Source: Blasia pusilla (lineage: Eukaryota). Taken from it: a stretch of DNA of 64,000 bases. The stretch spans positions 13,702,001 through 13,766,000 of the forward strand of contig CM114271.1 of the NCBI GenBank assembly GCA_050084515.1, in the 5' to 3' direction. The notes beneath the pieces are model-generated. The model did not search any database and had not been told where the DNA came from. It saw only the letters and a program-made list of their open reading frames with translations. This document shows positions 43,275 through 54,728 of this stretch, piece by piece (positions within the stretch are counted from its first letter, which is position 1; every line of letters starts with the position of its first letter). A program made the translations under genes and the position numbers.

Positions 43275-43800
43275 TCATCGCACTGTGAATCGAACGGGTA
43301 ATGAGCTAAGGCACCCATCACTTGACTGCCATCCTGGTCTGTAGGACGCTGACTCCTCCCAGTAATCCAGGGAAAACCCCATCGGGTATAACACTGCTCC
43401 ACGAACCAAGACGTCATATGACTCTGCACCAGTCACTATCGCCTTGGCCCACACCATGGACTCATCTGTAGGATGTCCCAGGAAAATCCTCACCACGACC
43501 TCTTGTCGGGTGATATACTATGTGGTACTCGCTCCACCCAAGGATGTCTGTATCCGGAATGGACAACGCTCCACATCGGCTCTCGTCAAGCCCAATCCTC
43601 TGAATAACGCTTTCCCCAACATCAGGGGTTGCGCTCCTGAATCCAACAAGACGCATTGCGGACTAAAAGCTCTACCTCTAGGACTCACCAAGTGGAAGAC
43701 CTTTCCTCGGTTATCCAACAACACAACACCAGGACAAGCCATGACACGCTCTATCGGGGGTCTAGCGGGCATCTCCGCCATTCTAGCAGCCGCAGCCTGC
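43275..43800 (-). pseudogene. Element 1 aspartic protease
   Basis: CVLLDSGAQPLMLG active site and YDVLV(R/G)G C-terminal motif; frameshifted. Confidence 0.85.
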
Positions 43801-44387
43801 CATGAATCTGACGTGGAAGGTCCGAGCATCGGCTCCAAGGGCAGGTCAATCACCTCCTCTGCAATCACCTTTGAACGTGATGCACGAACTCCAACTCCGC
43901 GCTCACATAGCGACGCGGCCAGCCAAAAAGCCTCGGCGGGCGTACCCCCCAACGTCATAACATCGGAAGCAGAAAATAAAGGAGTGCGGTACACAACGGT
44001 GGCCGCCCCCAACAATGTGCTCGACAGATGCCCCTCCTGAGCATCAACAATAGAAGTCGTCGCACTCGCTTCTCCCATCGCCCTTTGTGCCTGCACACCA
44101 ATAACATCACCACCTCTCAAGGAACTTTGATGAGGACCCATCGATGGGGTCCTCATCGCTTCGGACAACGTGAAAGACTGAGGAAGCCTAGTCTATTTTC
44201 TGGCTTCCCCTCGCTGTGGATCAAACTCTGCGGCTGCTCCACGCGTCACAACTGCGGCGGCCTCCATGTGGGCAACCCCGCACATCCAACCAGGATCCTC
44301 CAGATCTCTAGCTGCTCCATATGATGTCGATGCCACGAATCTGGCATCAGGTAACCTCAATGCCATAGTGGCAATCTGCTCCTGTAG

Positions 44388-45878
44388 CTACTGTATGTGA
44401 GCAGCCATCCCAGCCTCACGTCCGGCGTCTCCCTTGGCGCGTCTAGGTGGTGGTACTCTACCTCCTCCACGGGCAGCTCCACCACCCTGTCGGGCAACTC
44501 CAGCTCCTCGGTCCCCAACGGGACCACCTAGTGCACGATCTCTAGGCCCACCCGGACCGGCTACTCGCTCTGGTGCCCTCTCTGGCCCTCGGTCCGAACG
44601 TAACTCAGGATGTAAACTGAAACACCTGGCGCATGTATGACCATACCTCTGACAATAGTCACACTGATAACCTCCTGGTGCAGCACCATCTCCTCCTCCA
44701 TGCTGAGGCATACGTCCATGACCCTGACGAGTGCAATGGCACTGATGATGGGCTCCACCACATGACCAACAAGTAATAGTAGGCGGCTGCTGTTGAGCCG
44801 CATATGAAGGCGCAGGTCTTTGTGCCACAGGCTCCCGGTATCCTCCCTGAGCTTGTGGTGCCACAGTTGACCTATCTCGGAGTCCACGTTGCTGCACAGG
44901 TGGTGCAGCCAATCGCGATTGCTCTCGCCCAGAACCCATGGTGGCTACGATATCCTCCGCCATGTTGCGCTCAATGTTCTCGGAGGTCCTAAGAACATCT
45001 CTCAACATAGGGGAGGTTTTCATAAGAAGCACCCCCTCCTGCACCCGTGGCCGCAGGGTCTAGTCCAGCATCGCGTACCATGACTGGATAGCCTGAGCCT
45101 CTATCACACCCTGAGTGACGTTGATCAACCGGCGCAAGCGAGTGTAAGCCTCACGTAAACTCTCACCCGGGCGCCTTAGGAAGTTGTGGATGCTCCGCAA
45201 CTTTTCCGTCCGTACCCCTTGGTAGCTCGCCCTCAACTTAACAAAGAACTCAACCACGGGGTTGAACCTGGGACCAACTCGACTAGACGGTGCAACTGCT
45301 CCAATGCGAGTGACCCCTCCTAAAACATCACTAGTGGAAGAGGAAGTAGCCTCTCCTGACTCCTCCTCCTCATCTGGGAATGGCTCCGTCCATGACACAT
45401 AGTGTGGGTCGTAGTAGAGTCGCCATGCCTCAATCTCCTGGGCATATATGTGGGAAAACTCATGGTAATCGTCCATGGGTGCCCCCTCTAAATGCTGGAA
45501 CATACCATTCCATGCTGTAAACGGGTTGAACTCTCTAGAGTTCCTGGCCCGCTGGGAGTCGCACCAACTCCTAAAATCTGTTATGGAATCGTGCAACTCA
45601 ATCATACCTACTGCACTTGAAAACCTACGCGGTCCTCTACCCCGGTCGTCCATCTCGTACGCCCAACTAGTAGGACCACTCAAAATGTGTGGCGATGTGC
45701 TCACAAATTCCTCTACACCCTCCCCCTCATCTGACGATGACACAGAAGGAGGTCGAGGTGGTCCCTGAAGTGAAGACCCTCGGAACCTCACGCCACTCCG
45801 CGTAAAACCTCTAGAGCTACTCTCGGGTTCACCACCTCGCCTCTCAAAGTCCCGAACGGACGCCGTGATGACTCTCAT
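44388..45878 (-). pseudogene. Element 1 gag with two CCHC-type zinc knuckles
   Basis: FRSWCD...FNPFTAW..MFQHLEGAPMDDYHEF; RRPGESLREAYTRLRRL; CWSCGGAHHQCHC and CDYCQRYGHTCARC. Confidence 0.85.
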
Positions 45879-48004
45879 GCCTTTCTCACCCGATCACTCT
45901 TGCCTCGCGAGTTATCCCTCAATCACTCATCCCAAACATGCGGCACTCGATCTACACACTCCCTCTCGAGACATGTAACGTGCGGCAATAAGCGGCGTGG
46001 TGCGGCAAATCGACCAGGCTATCATCTCATTGACAACCTACCCTCAACTCCGGACATCCCACATAGGTCTATGTCCCCTAAGTCACATACATAAATGATA
46101 CTCTCAGCATCCACACACCCAATATCCCCAAATAAACTACCCAAATCCCAGAATCCCTCACACGTATAGGGTAAAGGACCAGGATGGGTAACCTGAACAC
46201 ATGTCGATGTCGCTCCTCAGCAGCTGCGAATCTCGACCCCAACTCGGTCGTGGAGACAACTCCTCCAATCAGCAAGTCATACTCCTCCCGTACTGACGTT
46301 GCTCAATAATCCTCGATAGACGGTGCGGTTCTAGCGGAACGGTGCGGCGTTGCAAGCGGCACGGAACGGCTACAAACGGCACGACCCTCGATGATGGGAT
46401 GCGGCACTCGGCGGCATACCCTCCTCAATCAAAAATAAACCCACACTTTGCTCCACAATGTCGGAGCGGCTCTGCAATCAAGACGGTGCGGTGTGCGGCC
46501 ACGAGCGGCACGGCGCGGCAATCAGCGGCGCGTTGCGGCTACGGGCGTCACGGCACGGTACCCGATCGTCGTTGAGCGGCTACCAATCACAACATAGCAG
46601 GAGGAAATCAAAACTCAAACACTATAACATGAGGTCATATGCCATCACACGTTGATGATGGTGGCGGCCAAAGCAAAGTACGTGATGGCGACGCAAGTCC
46701 GAGAATCAACGAACGTTGTGGAAGACCCTCCACTCCGTAACGGCGGCAATGGCAACCAAGGGTGGACAAGGGACGGTGGACCATTGAAGATGACGGTTGA
46801 CCATTGATGGTGATGGTTGACCATTGATGATGAAAGTTGACCGTTGACGGTTGACAGTGACCATGACGGCGACGGCCGCCGCCGGTGTGGTGGCTGATTT
46901 AGGGTTTGCACAATTTAACCCTAAAAATCGCCTAGCAATGGCAATTTTTGCAAGATTGACCATACCTTTTTGCTCCCAACTCCAAATTGCACATTTTTTG
47001 TTGCACAGCGTCCACAGCTTGACGATCTACGCCAGTATCAAAAAAATATTTGGAATTGAACATTCCAATAAAAACTGACAAGGACTGTCGTAAAGCCCAA
47101 TGTCTCTTTCTTCTACCCAACATTCCTCCCAACAAAAATGTAAAACTTGTAAAAATGCAAATCAGCAAGCAACATGGTGCTCCCAAAAGCATCGGCATGG
47201 GGTAACCCGCCCCCATACTCAATCCCTATCAGAAATTGGGCAGCGCTTCCGCACGCCACTCTTCCACACGAAAAATCGGCAAATGCAAGGAACAATCCAA
47301 GCAACCCTTGCTCCGATGAGCACTCCCATGAGCCGTTGAACGGGGAACACGGTCCCCAAGCTGCAAAAACAGCGAGTGACCAGCGAGCTCCCCCATGAAG
47401 CTCTCTCACTCTCTCATTCTCTAATTTTGCATTCTCTCTTTCTCTCATTCTCTCTTTGTAAAGTAAGATCCAATCTCTCTCTACACAATCTCACACCATA
47501 GCTCTCAAAGGTGTGCACTCTCTCTCATATCAAACCAAACCCACTCTCCTAATGAGAAGCTTGGGTTACACTCACAAGGCAAGGGAACATAGTTCCGCCG
47601 CCTCATGCCAAGAAGTTCAACAAAGAAAGAATGAGCTCTCAAGCTCTCTCTCCTTGGGATATATACCCCTCCCCTCTCCCAAGCTCTCTCCATGGTAACC
47701 TATTCTCCCAAGTCACCTCCTTGGTTTTTGACCTGATGTAGGAGGTCAAGGGCCAGTTACCAAAAATAGAAAGTCGATCACATACTCAAAATAGTACTTA
47801 TCTAAAATAGTAAGTTCCTCAATATAGCTCCAAATGAGCCAAAACGAAGGCCTCAACAAGTCATCCTTGACCTCCTTGTCTTCCACTACTCTTGAAGACG
47901 CTCTACTAGATCTCACCGATCTATCCTAAAGGACGTGACAACCTATTTCCAACCTTATCCGACATCTCAAGACGAAGTTAAGCCGATACAAATTTTTTAC
48001 CCTC

Positions 48005-48245
48005 TATGTCATCGACCTAGTAGAACTCTATCTCTAGGCTAACTAAGATGTGACAATCTTTGTGCTCATACACATCGCCACATAATCAACATCATTGGTC
48101 ACATCTACACACCACACAAGATTAATCTTCCTAACACACACATAGATCCATACATAAAAAAAATATTTACCCATATATATCGAGACCACACTACCGCCCC
48201 CTAGTTGGTAGTTGAGTTCCCTTAACTCTAAATAGTAGACATCAC
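48005..48245 (-). mobile_element. Older third-subfamily relic (B end, 2 nt, A, PPT) into which element 1 appears to be nested
   Basis: GTGACA (48050-48055) + AT + A-like CTTTGTGCTCATACACATCG..., followed by CCGCCCCCTAGTTGGT, as at 38397. Confidence 0.6.
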
Positions 48246-48479
48246 ATCTATCCAATATAATCCACTATTCTATACATATATAGCACCCTCGGTGTCGTCA
48301 TACCCGCCATATCTCCCAGCACATACTCATTTGTGAGTCCATCTCCTCTATCTCTACCTAGAGATATCAATGTATCCGGATCTCATCCTACATTGCAACT
48401 CTACAGCTACCCACCATATTGATCCCTCTAAAGAGATCTAACACTTTTGCACCCTCCTCCAGATACTACCATACAATAG

Positions 48480-49230
48480 ATGTGATATCCGAAGATGTCA
48501 AGTCTCCACTCCAAGAGCATGATGTTGCTCGATATGGGAGTGTAGGGAGAATCCGTGTAGATAGAGGTGAGTTGAATGTGGAGGAAGCACGAGAGTTCTT
48601 CAATAAGTATGGACTCCAGTTGAGATTAACAACCTCTATGAATCCGGAGGCAAAGGGCAAGAGCGCAAGGGGACATCCGCCAATCATTCAAGCATTGGTA
48701 AAGGTGTGTGGAGACCATTATGCTCATTGGCCTAGATTGCTTCCATTTGCTTCATGGGCATATACGATCACTCACAACAGCGTTACAAGGTTCATGCCTA
48801 CATAGTTGATGCCAGGTCAAAAGCCAATAATGCCAGCAGAAGGAGATATTCCCACTTGGATGGATTTACCGTGGGAGGACGGGCTCGATAGGGAAGAGCT
48901 CATAGCACTTTGAATGTAGCATCTAGAGCGGCGTGAAGTAGATATCGCAGAAGTATTAGTCAAAAGGAAGGAAGCAAGGTTGAAAAATAAGGAACGCTTC
49001 GACAAAAGTCATCGACTTGAGAAGGAGCCTATAAGAGAAGGAGATTGGGTCTTGGTGCACGACAACAACCTCGACAACCAGCATAGTACTATTAAAAAAT
49101 GTGCACGTCATTGGTTTGGTCCATATATTATAGCCTTTTTTTTTTACAATGCCACTTAGAAATTACAAGAGCTAGATATCACAATTCTCAAGTTGCCCAT
49201 TGTAGAAAAAAGGGTGAATATTTTCCGTAG
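48480..49230 (+). mobile_element. Integrase fragment of a different Gypsy lineage, followed by a PPT-like tract and probable 3' LTR start at 49362
   Basis: RYG..GRIRVDRGEL...TTSMNPEAKGKSARGH...WPRLLPFA.WA...GQKPIMP...GDWVLV...WFGPY (GPY/F); GGAGGAGGTGAA|TGTCGT at 49350-49367. Confidence 0.85.
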
Positions 49231-50704
49231 ATGTGAGGGATTTTTGATTTTGACGAATCAGATCAATCTTTCTAGAGATACAGTAAAAATAAGTCTGAAT
49301 AAGATAGCAAGAAGTCTTGACCTGCATATACCGGAGGATGTGCAGATTTGGAGGAGGTGAATGTCGTATAGTAAAATCACCTACCATATAAACTCCTCTC
49401 TCATTAAGTGTTAGAGAGAGTTTTATTAGTATGAAGTAAATTAGCTTAGGAAAAGAAAATTTTCATATTTAAACCTCTTTATGGTGTCTCTTTTATGCGG
49501 GCCCAATTTTAGGAAAAGAGGTAATAAATTAGACATGAGATTATAAAAATAAAGTAGGGGATTGGTGAATTAATGAAAGAAAAGCAAAAGTACTCTTGGT
49601 TTGTGGCTAGGGTAGTTGGGGTAATTTGGAAGATATGAGGTGAGTACAGGATTTGTCATGACCATATGGATTATGTCGTAAAGTATAGTGTGCTAGTAGA
49701 GGCCATTCCTTATGTAGGACCGTAGTGGCTTGGTAGAGATGCGGTTTCATACATAGGGTTGGAGGTTACTCAGTTGGGGGTGACTTTCCCAGTAGGTTGG
49801 AGGATATAAGGTGGAGTGCACTCAAAGAACAATCAATTCTTTGAGTTGAGCCTGTTGCGTTAGGAGTTAGCCTTGGTAGTGAGTAGAGCTCTTGGCTATG
49901 GTGTTTCCCGCAAGCTTCGACATAGATTCTCCCATCGTGGAGTGGGTTTGGCTCGATTGTATGTGATTGTATACGTGTTTTATGACAGTAGGTCTTTCAG
50001 GGATTTCACTCAAAGAACTGGAGTAGATCGATGGTAGCTTCGATTGTAGATCAGTAGGATCTGGTTAGGGCTGATTGTGTACTCAGCCGTGGATGTTCGT
50101 GGCTTGTGGGCTATTCTGCCTGGAGGACGCTTAACTGCTGAGTTCTTAACTATGCAAGTGTACACACTGTTGTAGCTCATTTGGTGCTGTTCGGAGAGTT
50201 GTTAGGCGCTTTATGCATCTAAGGTTTTTGGTTGATGTACCTCTAGCGCATAGTACGGTGTAGCCTCTCCATGCAGGTGATATTTTCAGGTGCTGCGAGT
50301 TCGACTAGCACGTCATCGACCCGCGGCGGAGTAGCTATTGCGTTAGAATTGTGTGGTGGGTTTTGTGGAGTCAGGGGGCACCACGTTTGGTGGATTGTGT
50401 TACCTTGATTTCCATTTGCGATTGGAGGGTTGTCGTTGGACTTCCTGTGTTTGGATCCCCTCCATCGGTGCTTCTTGCTTGCGCGCCCATTGTTAGGGTT
50501 GACGCTGATTTCTAGAGTAGTGTTACTCCTGTGTGCTACCGATAGTGAGGCTGGAGTGATGACCAGTAGACCGTGGGAGGCTTCTTGTGGTGATGACATG
50601 TTAGGTTGCCTACATCCATAGCTAGTAGAGCTAGAATAGTATAGCGACATCGACGTCACTTGGTTATTTGGTGGTGGTAATTTGGTGGTGGTGCGGCATC
50701 GGCG

Positions 50705-52200
50705 TTGGTCATCACGGAGCTGTCGGGTGGTCTGGTTGGGGACCATGGTGCGGACAATGGTGGTTTCACACGGAGTGGATTTAGGTATCGGCTACCTTTT
50801 CCACTTCCGACGGTTGATGAAGAGGAGGACGAGGGTGTTCCAAACACCGAGTCTTCTACGTTGTTATCGAGTGTTGCAGCTCCATTGATTTGGGACATGG
50901 ACGGTGGATATGGGGCCATGAAGGGCCCACGACGATACTCGGGTGCAGTGGGCACCATTGAGTCGGAGGACTTCATGCAGGAGTTTGATACGTGGTGTGA
51001 TATGCAGATGTTATGAACGCACGTTGTTTACACCCTTCTTGGCTTGGAAGGGGTTGTTTCAAAGACTTGTAAGGACCACCCATGGATGATTACCATGAGT
51101 TTAGGAAGGACCATGTTGCTGAGATTGAGGCATGGAGACAATATTGGTCTCCAGGCTATGTGTCTATCACCCATGGTGGTATTGGTAGTAGTGCTCTTAC
51201 TATGCCAACCAGCCCGACGTTGAGTGGTACGAGTACGAGCCGGAGTGGGGGTACTAGTAGAGGTACTAGTGCCCCACCATCGTTCAGCCCGGTTGCAGAG
51301 TTCTTCAAGAGGTTGAAGAAGAACTATCAGGGAGTGAAGACGGAGAAGTTGAGGAATCTTCAGAATTTGAGCGAAAGACGGTGAGAGTCTTCGTGAGGCA
51401 TACACTCGTATCGACGCTTGATTTCGATTACCAGGGTGTGACCGAGGATCAGCGATCGATTTTGGTATGGGATCTTGGACAGAGATTTGCGCCGTAGGGT
51501 ACGTGATGCTACTCTTATGAGTGATGATTCACCCACATTGACCCATATGTTTGCTCTATCTCGAGAAGATTGAGCTTAACATGGTGAAGGAGAGAGTGGT
51601 GACATCTGATTCAAGAGGGGATACAACTACTACTTCTCGTGTTCGGCAGCCCATCTCACAGTCTCATAGTAGTGGTGGTGGTAGTAGTAGTGGGAGTCGT
51701 GGGGGGTACACACGACCTCAGTCAGGTCCTAGAGGGATACTTGCGCAGAGACCATTGCCTTCATTTGCTGCCCCGCAACAAGGAAAGTCATGTTGGATAT
51801 GTGGAGGTGATCATGTTAGGAAGTTTTGTCCCCAAGAGGATGGGAGACGGACTTTGGAGGATGGGCTTCAGTTGGCCCCAACTTAGTGTGATCATTGCGG
51901 GAGACCAGGTCATCCTCGAGAGCGCTTTGCCTTGATCTTCATCCAGAGTTGAGATCAAGCCGCGGCCGTGGTGGAGTAGCTCCGAGAGGCTGAGGTGGTA
52001 GAGGTGGTAGAGGTGGACCAGTGGTTGGAGAGCCTAAGGTGGCTACCCCTACCACTACGATAGAGTCAGCTATGGCTGCCAGGATTGAGCAGTTGGAGTA
52101 GAAGTTGGCTACTATGGCTGGTATCCAGCATAGATCATGTTCGGGAGCAAGGGCTTCCACCTCTTATGGAGGGGATGATCTCTCTTATATGGCGAGTGCA
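50705..52200 (+). pseudogene. Element 2 gag with two zinc knuckles
   Basis: RRYSGAVGTIE..DFMQEFDTWCD; MDDYHEF; YQGVKTEKLR; CWICGGDHVRKFC and CDHCGRPGH. Confidence 0.85.
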
Positions 52201-52651
52201 AAGATGAAAGTTGAGGCATCATCGGTGCAAGAACAGAGGAGCCACTCGGCGCCGAGCCACGTGGTGCTCTTGTGGAGTTGGACCCACAGAGGGGTGAGGG
52301 GGAGGCAGGCTAGGCTTCCCGGTCATTCTTGTTGTCTGAGGTGCTTAGGACTCCATCCATGGTTCCTACGCAGCCTATTGAGCCGACAGTGGGGACTGAG
52401 GCATCTACATCGCGTGTAGTAGACACGGATGCATCATCCAGTGCAATATTGCGGATGGCAACTTCAATATTGGGATCCCCATTGTTTTCGGCCATGGAGC
52501 TAATGGCTTTAGGAGTTGACTTAGCTCCTGTATTTCAGCTAGCAGCCACGTTGTGTGAACGTGGGGGTGTTACTGCTACACGTGTTGAGGTGGATGAGGG
52601 TGTTGCGGTGGAGCGACCCTCTATGTCGAGTAGCATTAAGTACCGTGCTAC

Positions 52652-53150
52652 TTGGCGGCAGCGGCGGCGAAGATGGATGCATTACCAGCCCGGCCAGCCA
52701 TTGATCGTGAGAGGCTTACACCTGGTGTATGTATGTTGGACAACCGGAGTGGGATATTCCGATTGGTGAGTCCTACAGGACAGGTGTATAGACCAGATAG
52801 AGTCTTATTAGACTCTGGTGCCCAACCTTTGATGTTGGGAAAGGCGGCATGTATTGGTTTGGGTATTTGGAGGTCAGAGCTTGAGCCTTGCCCATTCCGA
52901 TTCAAACATCACTTGGAGGAGCCAATGATAGATCTCAATTCATGACACGGGAGAAGTTTTTTTCTGATTGAGACCAGATCATGCGATCGATAGCTCCCGA
53001 TTAGGAGTATCTCGGTAGTCTCATCACCGAGTCGTATGATGTACTAGTTGGAGGAGCGATTGTATCCGATGGGTTTTCAGATGGATTCTTCGGATCGAGA
53101 GGCGTCTTATAGACCTGGTTGGCAGTCCGGGATGGACGTATGAGCCAAGT
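52652..53150 (+). pseudogene. Element 2 aspartic protease
   Basis: RVLLDSGAQPLMLG; ESYDVLVGGA. Confidence 0.88.
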
Positions 53151-53528
53151 TCTGTGAGATTTATTTGTGGGGCTCGACCAGAGGGTCTTCCCCAACAAAG
53201 ATGTTAGCATCCGTGGTCTGGTTTCAAAGTGGAGTAGTCACTTGGCTAGAGACTTTTTGGAGGGTAATATTTCTGCTATGGGTTCTCATGCGCTTGAGGA
53301 GGTAGAGGAGGTCCCTATTCTTGCAGATGGCATCCTCATTGTTGGATGTGCCACTTTGGAGTTCAGCGGTGCACTACGGCAGAGGCGATCGCCTAGTGTA
53401 GGAGGCTTGGTGTGAGGTGTTATACCTCACGAGGAAGAGGAGGCCCCACGGCGGACTCCTACTTCTGGTCCATTAGGTTATCCCTTTGGATACTACACCC
53501 ATTGTATGGCAAGTATCCGCCGGAGGGC

Positions 53529-54460
53529 ATTTGTGTGTTAGATCTCTTTGGTGGGATTAGCACTGGTTTGGTCTTAGATGTTGCAGGCCCGTATTCTGTG
53601 GGGAGATACGTGTATGTGGGAGCGAGATGAGACGGCCCGAGAGTCTCATCCCGACATATTGGTCAGTTGATGCGGAGATATCCTGAGTTGTTGCCGCCAT
53701 CAGCTATTCGTGGGTACCAGCGTGCTTTACCATCACACATTGCATTGTTGGGGGCGCAGGACCTTGAGAGGGTTGGTCCTGTGGATTTGGTGATTGCTGG
53801 ATGGCCATGTCAGGGTCATACACGTGCTGGTTGTGGTGAGGGATTACATGACCCTAGGTCTTGTTTGTTTTGGGAGATGTTACGGGTGTTACGACATCTT
53901 CAGGTTCATCAGGCACGTGCTCTAGCTTTCATTGTGGAGAATGTTCCATTGTTGGGTGACACTCGGACCCGGATGAGGGCGAGTGTTCATGAGGTGCGGT
54001 CTTGGATTGGACCAGCGGTGTTGTTGGATGCAGCCCGAGTTGGCTCGCCTGCACATTGTCCACGCTTGTGGTGGACAAACTTGTTGCCCAGGGAGGTTCT
54101 ACGTCGAGCATATGATGCAGTGCAGCGGGATCCTTGCCTTACCGTGGATAGTATCTTGGATACTGGGCGACTTTCTCAGGTGGTGAGGGTTATTGATCGC
54201 TCACCCATGGCAGTGGTGAACCGTGTGGGCCAGCCTAGGATGGTACTACCCACATTTGTGAGTTTTCCCTCGTCACATGCCTACAGAGAAGGTGGTCCGG
54301 GGCTTGTATGGGATTCTCATGTACGACAGTTGGTGGAGCCTAACGCTGATGAGAGAGAGCGTGCGATGGGATTTGCTACTGGTGTGACACCGGTTACTTC
54401 CATTTCTGAGGCTTCACGACGTCATGTGTTGGGTCAGGCCATGGACCTGAATTGTTTAAG
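53529..54460 (+). pseudogene. Element 2 C5 cytosine DNA methyltransferase domain
   Basis: Motif I ICVLDLFGGISTG; IV GPVDLVIAGWPCQG (catalytic PC); GLHDPRSCLFWEMLRVL; VI FIVENVP; VIII LDAARVGSPAHCPRLWWTNL; IX ERERAMGF; X RRHVLGQAM. Frameshifts after motif I. Confidence 0.95.
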
Positions 54461-54728
54461 TTGGATTTTGAGTCTTGGTATGGCCGAGCAGCGTCGACTT
54501 CGGACTTTGTCTGTGGGTCTTCCACCCCTTGTAATGAGCTCGATGGCTACCGGGACGGTAGAGGCATCGGCTGGGGGCGAGGAGAGTAGTATTTTGCATC
54601 CTTGGAGTAAATGGGATGTAATGGCTGGGCATGTGGAGTTGGTTGCTCATGCTGGTGGAGGAGTTATTTGCTCAGATGATGGTGTAGCTAAGGGTGTACC
54701 ATTTCGTGAGGGGGTTGCGTAGCAGCCA

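Larger units (their letters stand above)
37625..47940 (-). mobile_element. Element 1: full-length (10.3 kb) Ty3/Gypsy retrotransposon with DNMT and PHD domains and split repeats. Sense order B1 47940-47459, internal, A1 38396-38270, 2 nt, B2 38267-37752, A2 37751-37625
   Basis: TGTCA...TGACA ends. TSD ACCT at 37621-37624 and 47941-47944. A copies are both 127 bp; B copies are 482 and 516 bp. Complete gag-PR-MT-RT-RH-IN-PHD order, disrupted by stops and frameshifts. Confidence 0.95.

Noticed and set aside
42666-44040. Long plus-strand ORFs (211 and 198 aa) as antisense genes
   Set aside because: They are shadows of the minus-strand pol frame, have no motifs, and show no equivalent conserved ORF in element 2.
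53667-54722. Host DNMT3/DRM gene or bacterial restriction-modification contamination
   Set aside because: Intronless, collinear inside pol between protease and RT in two elements, with no PWWP/UBA domains and no cognate endonuclease.
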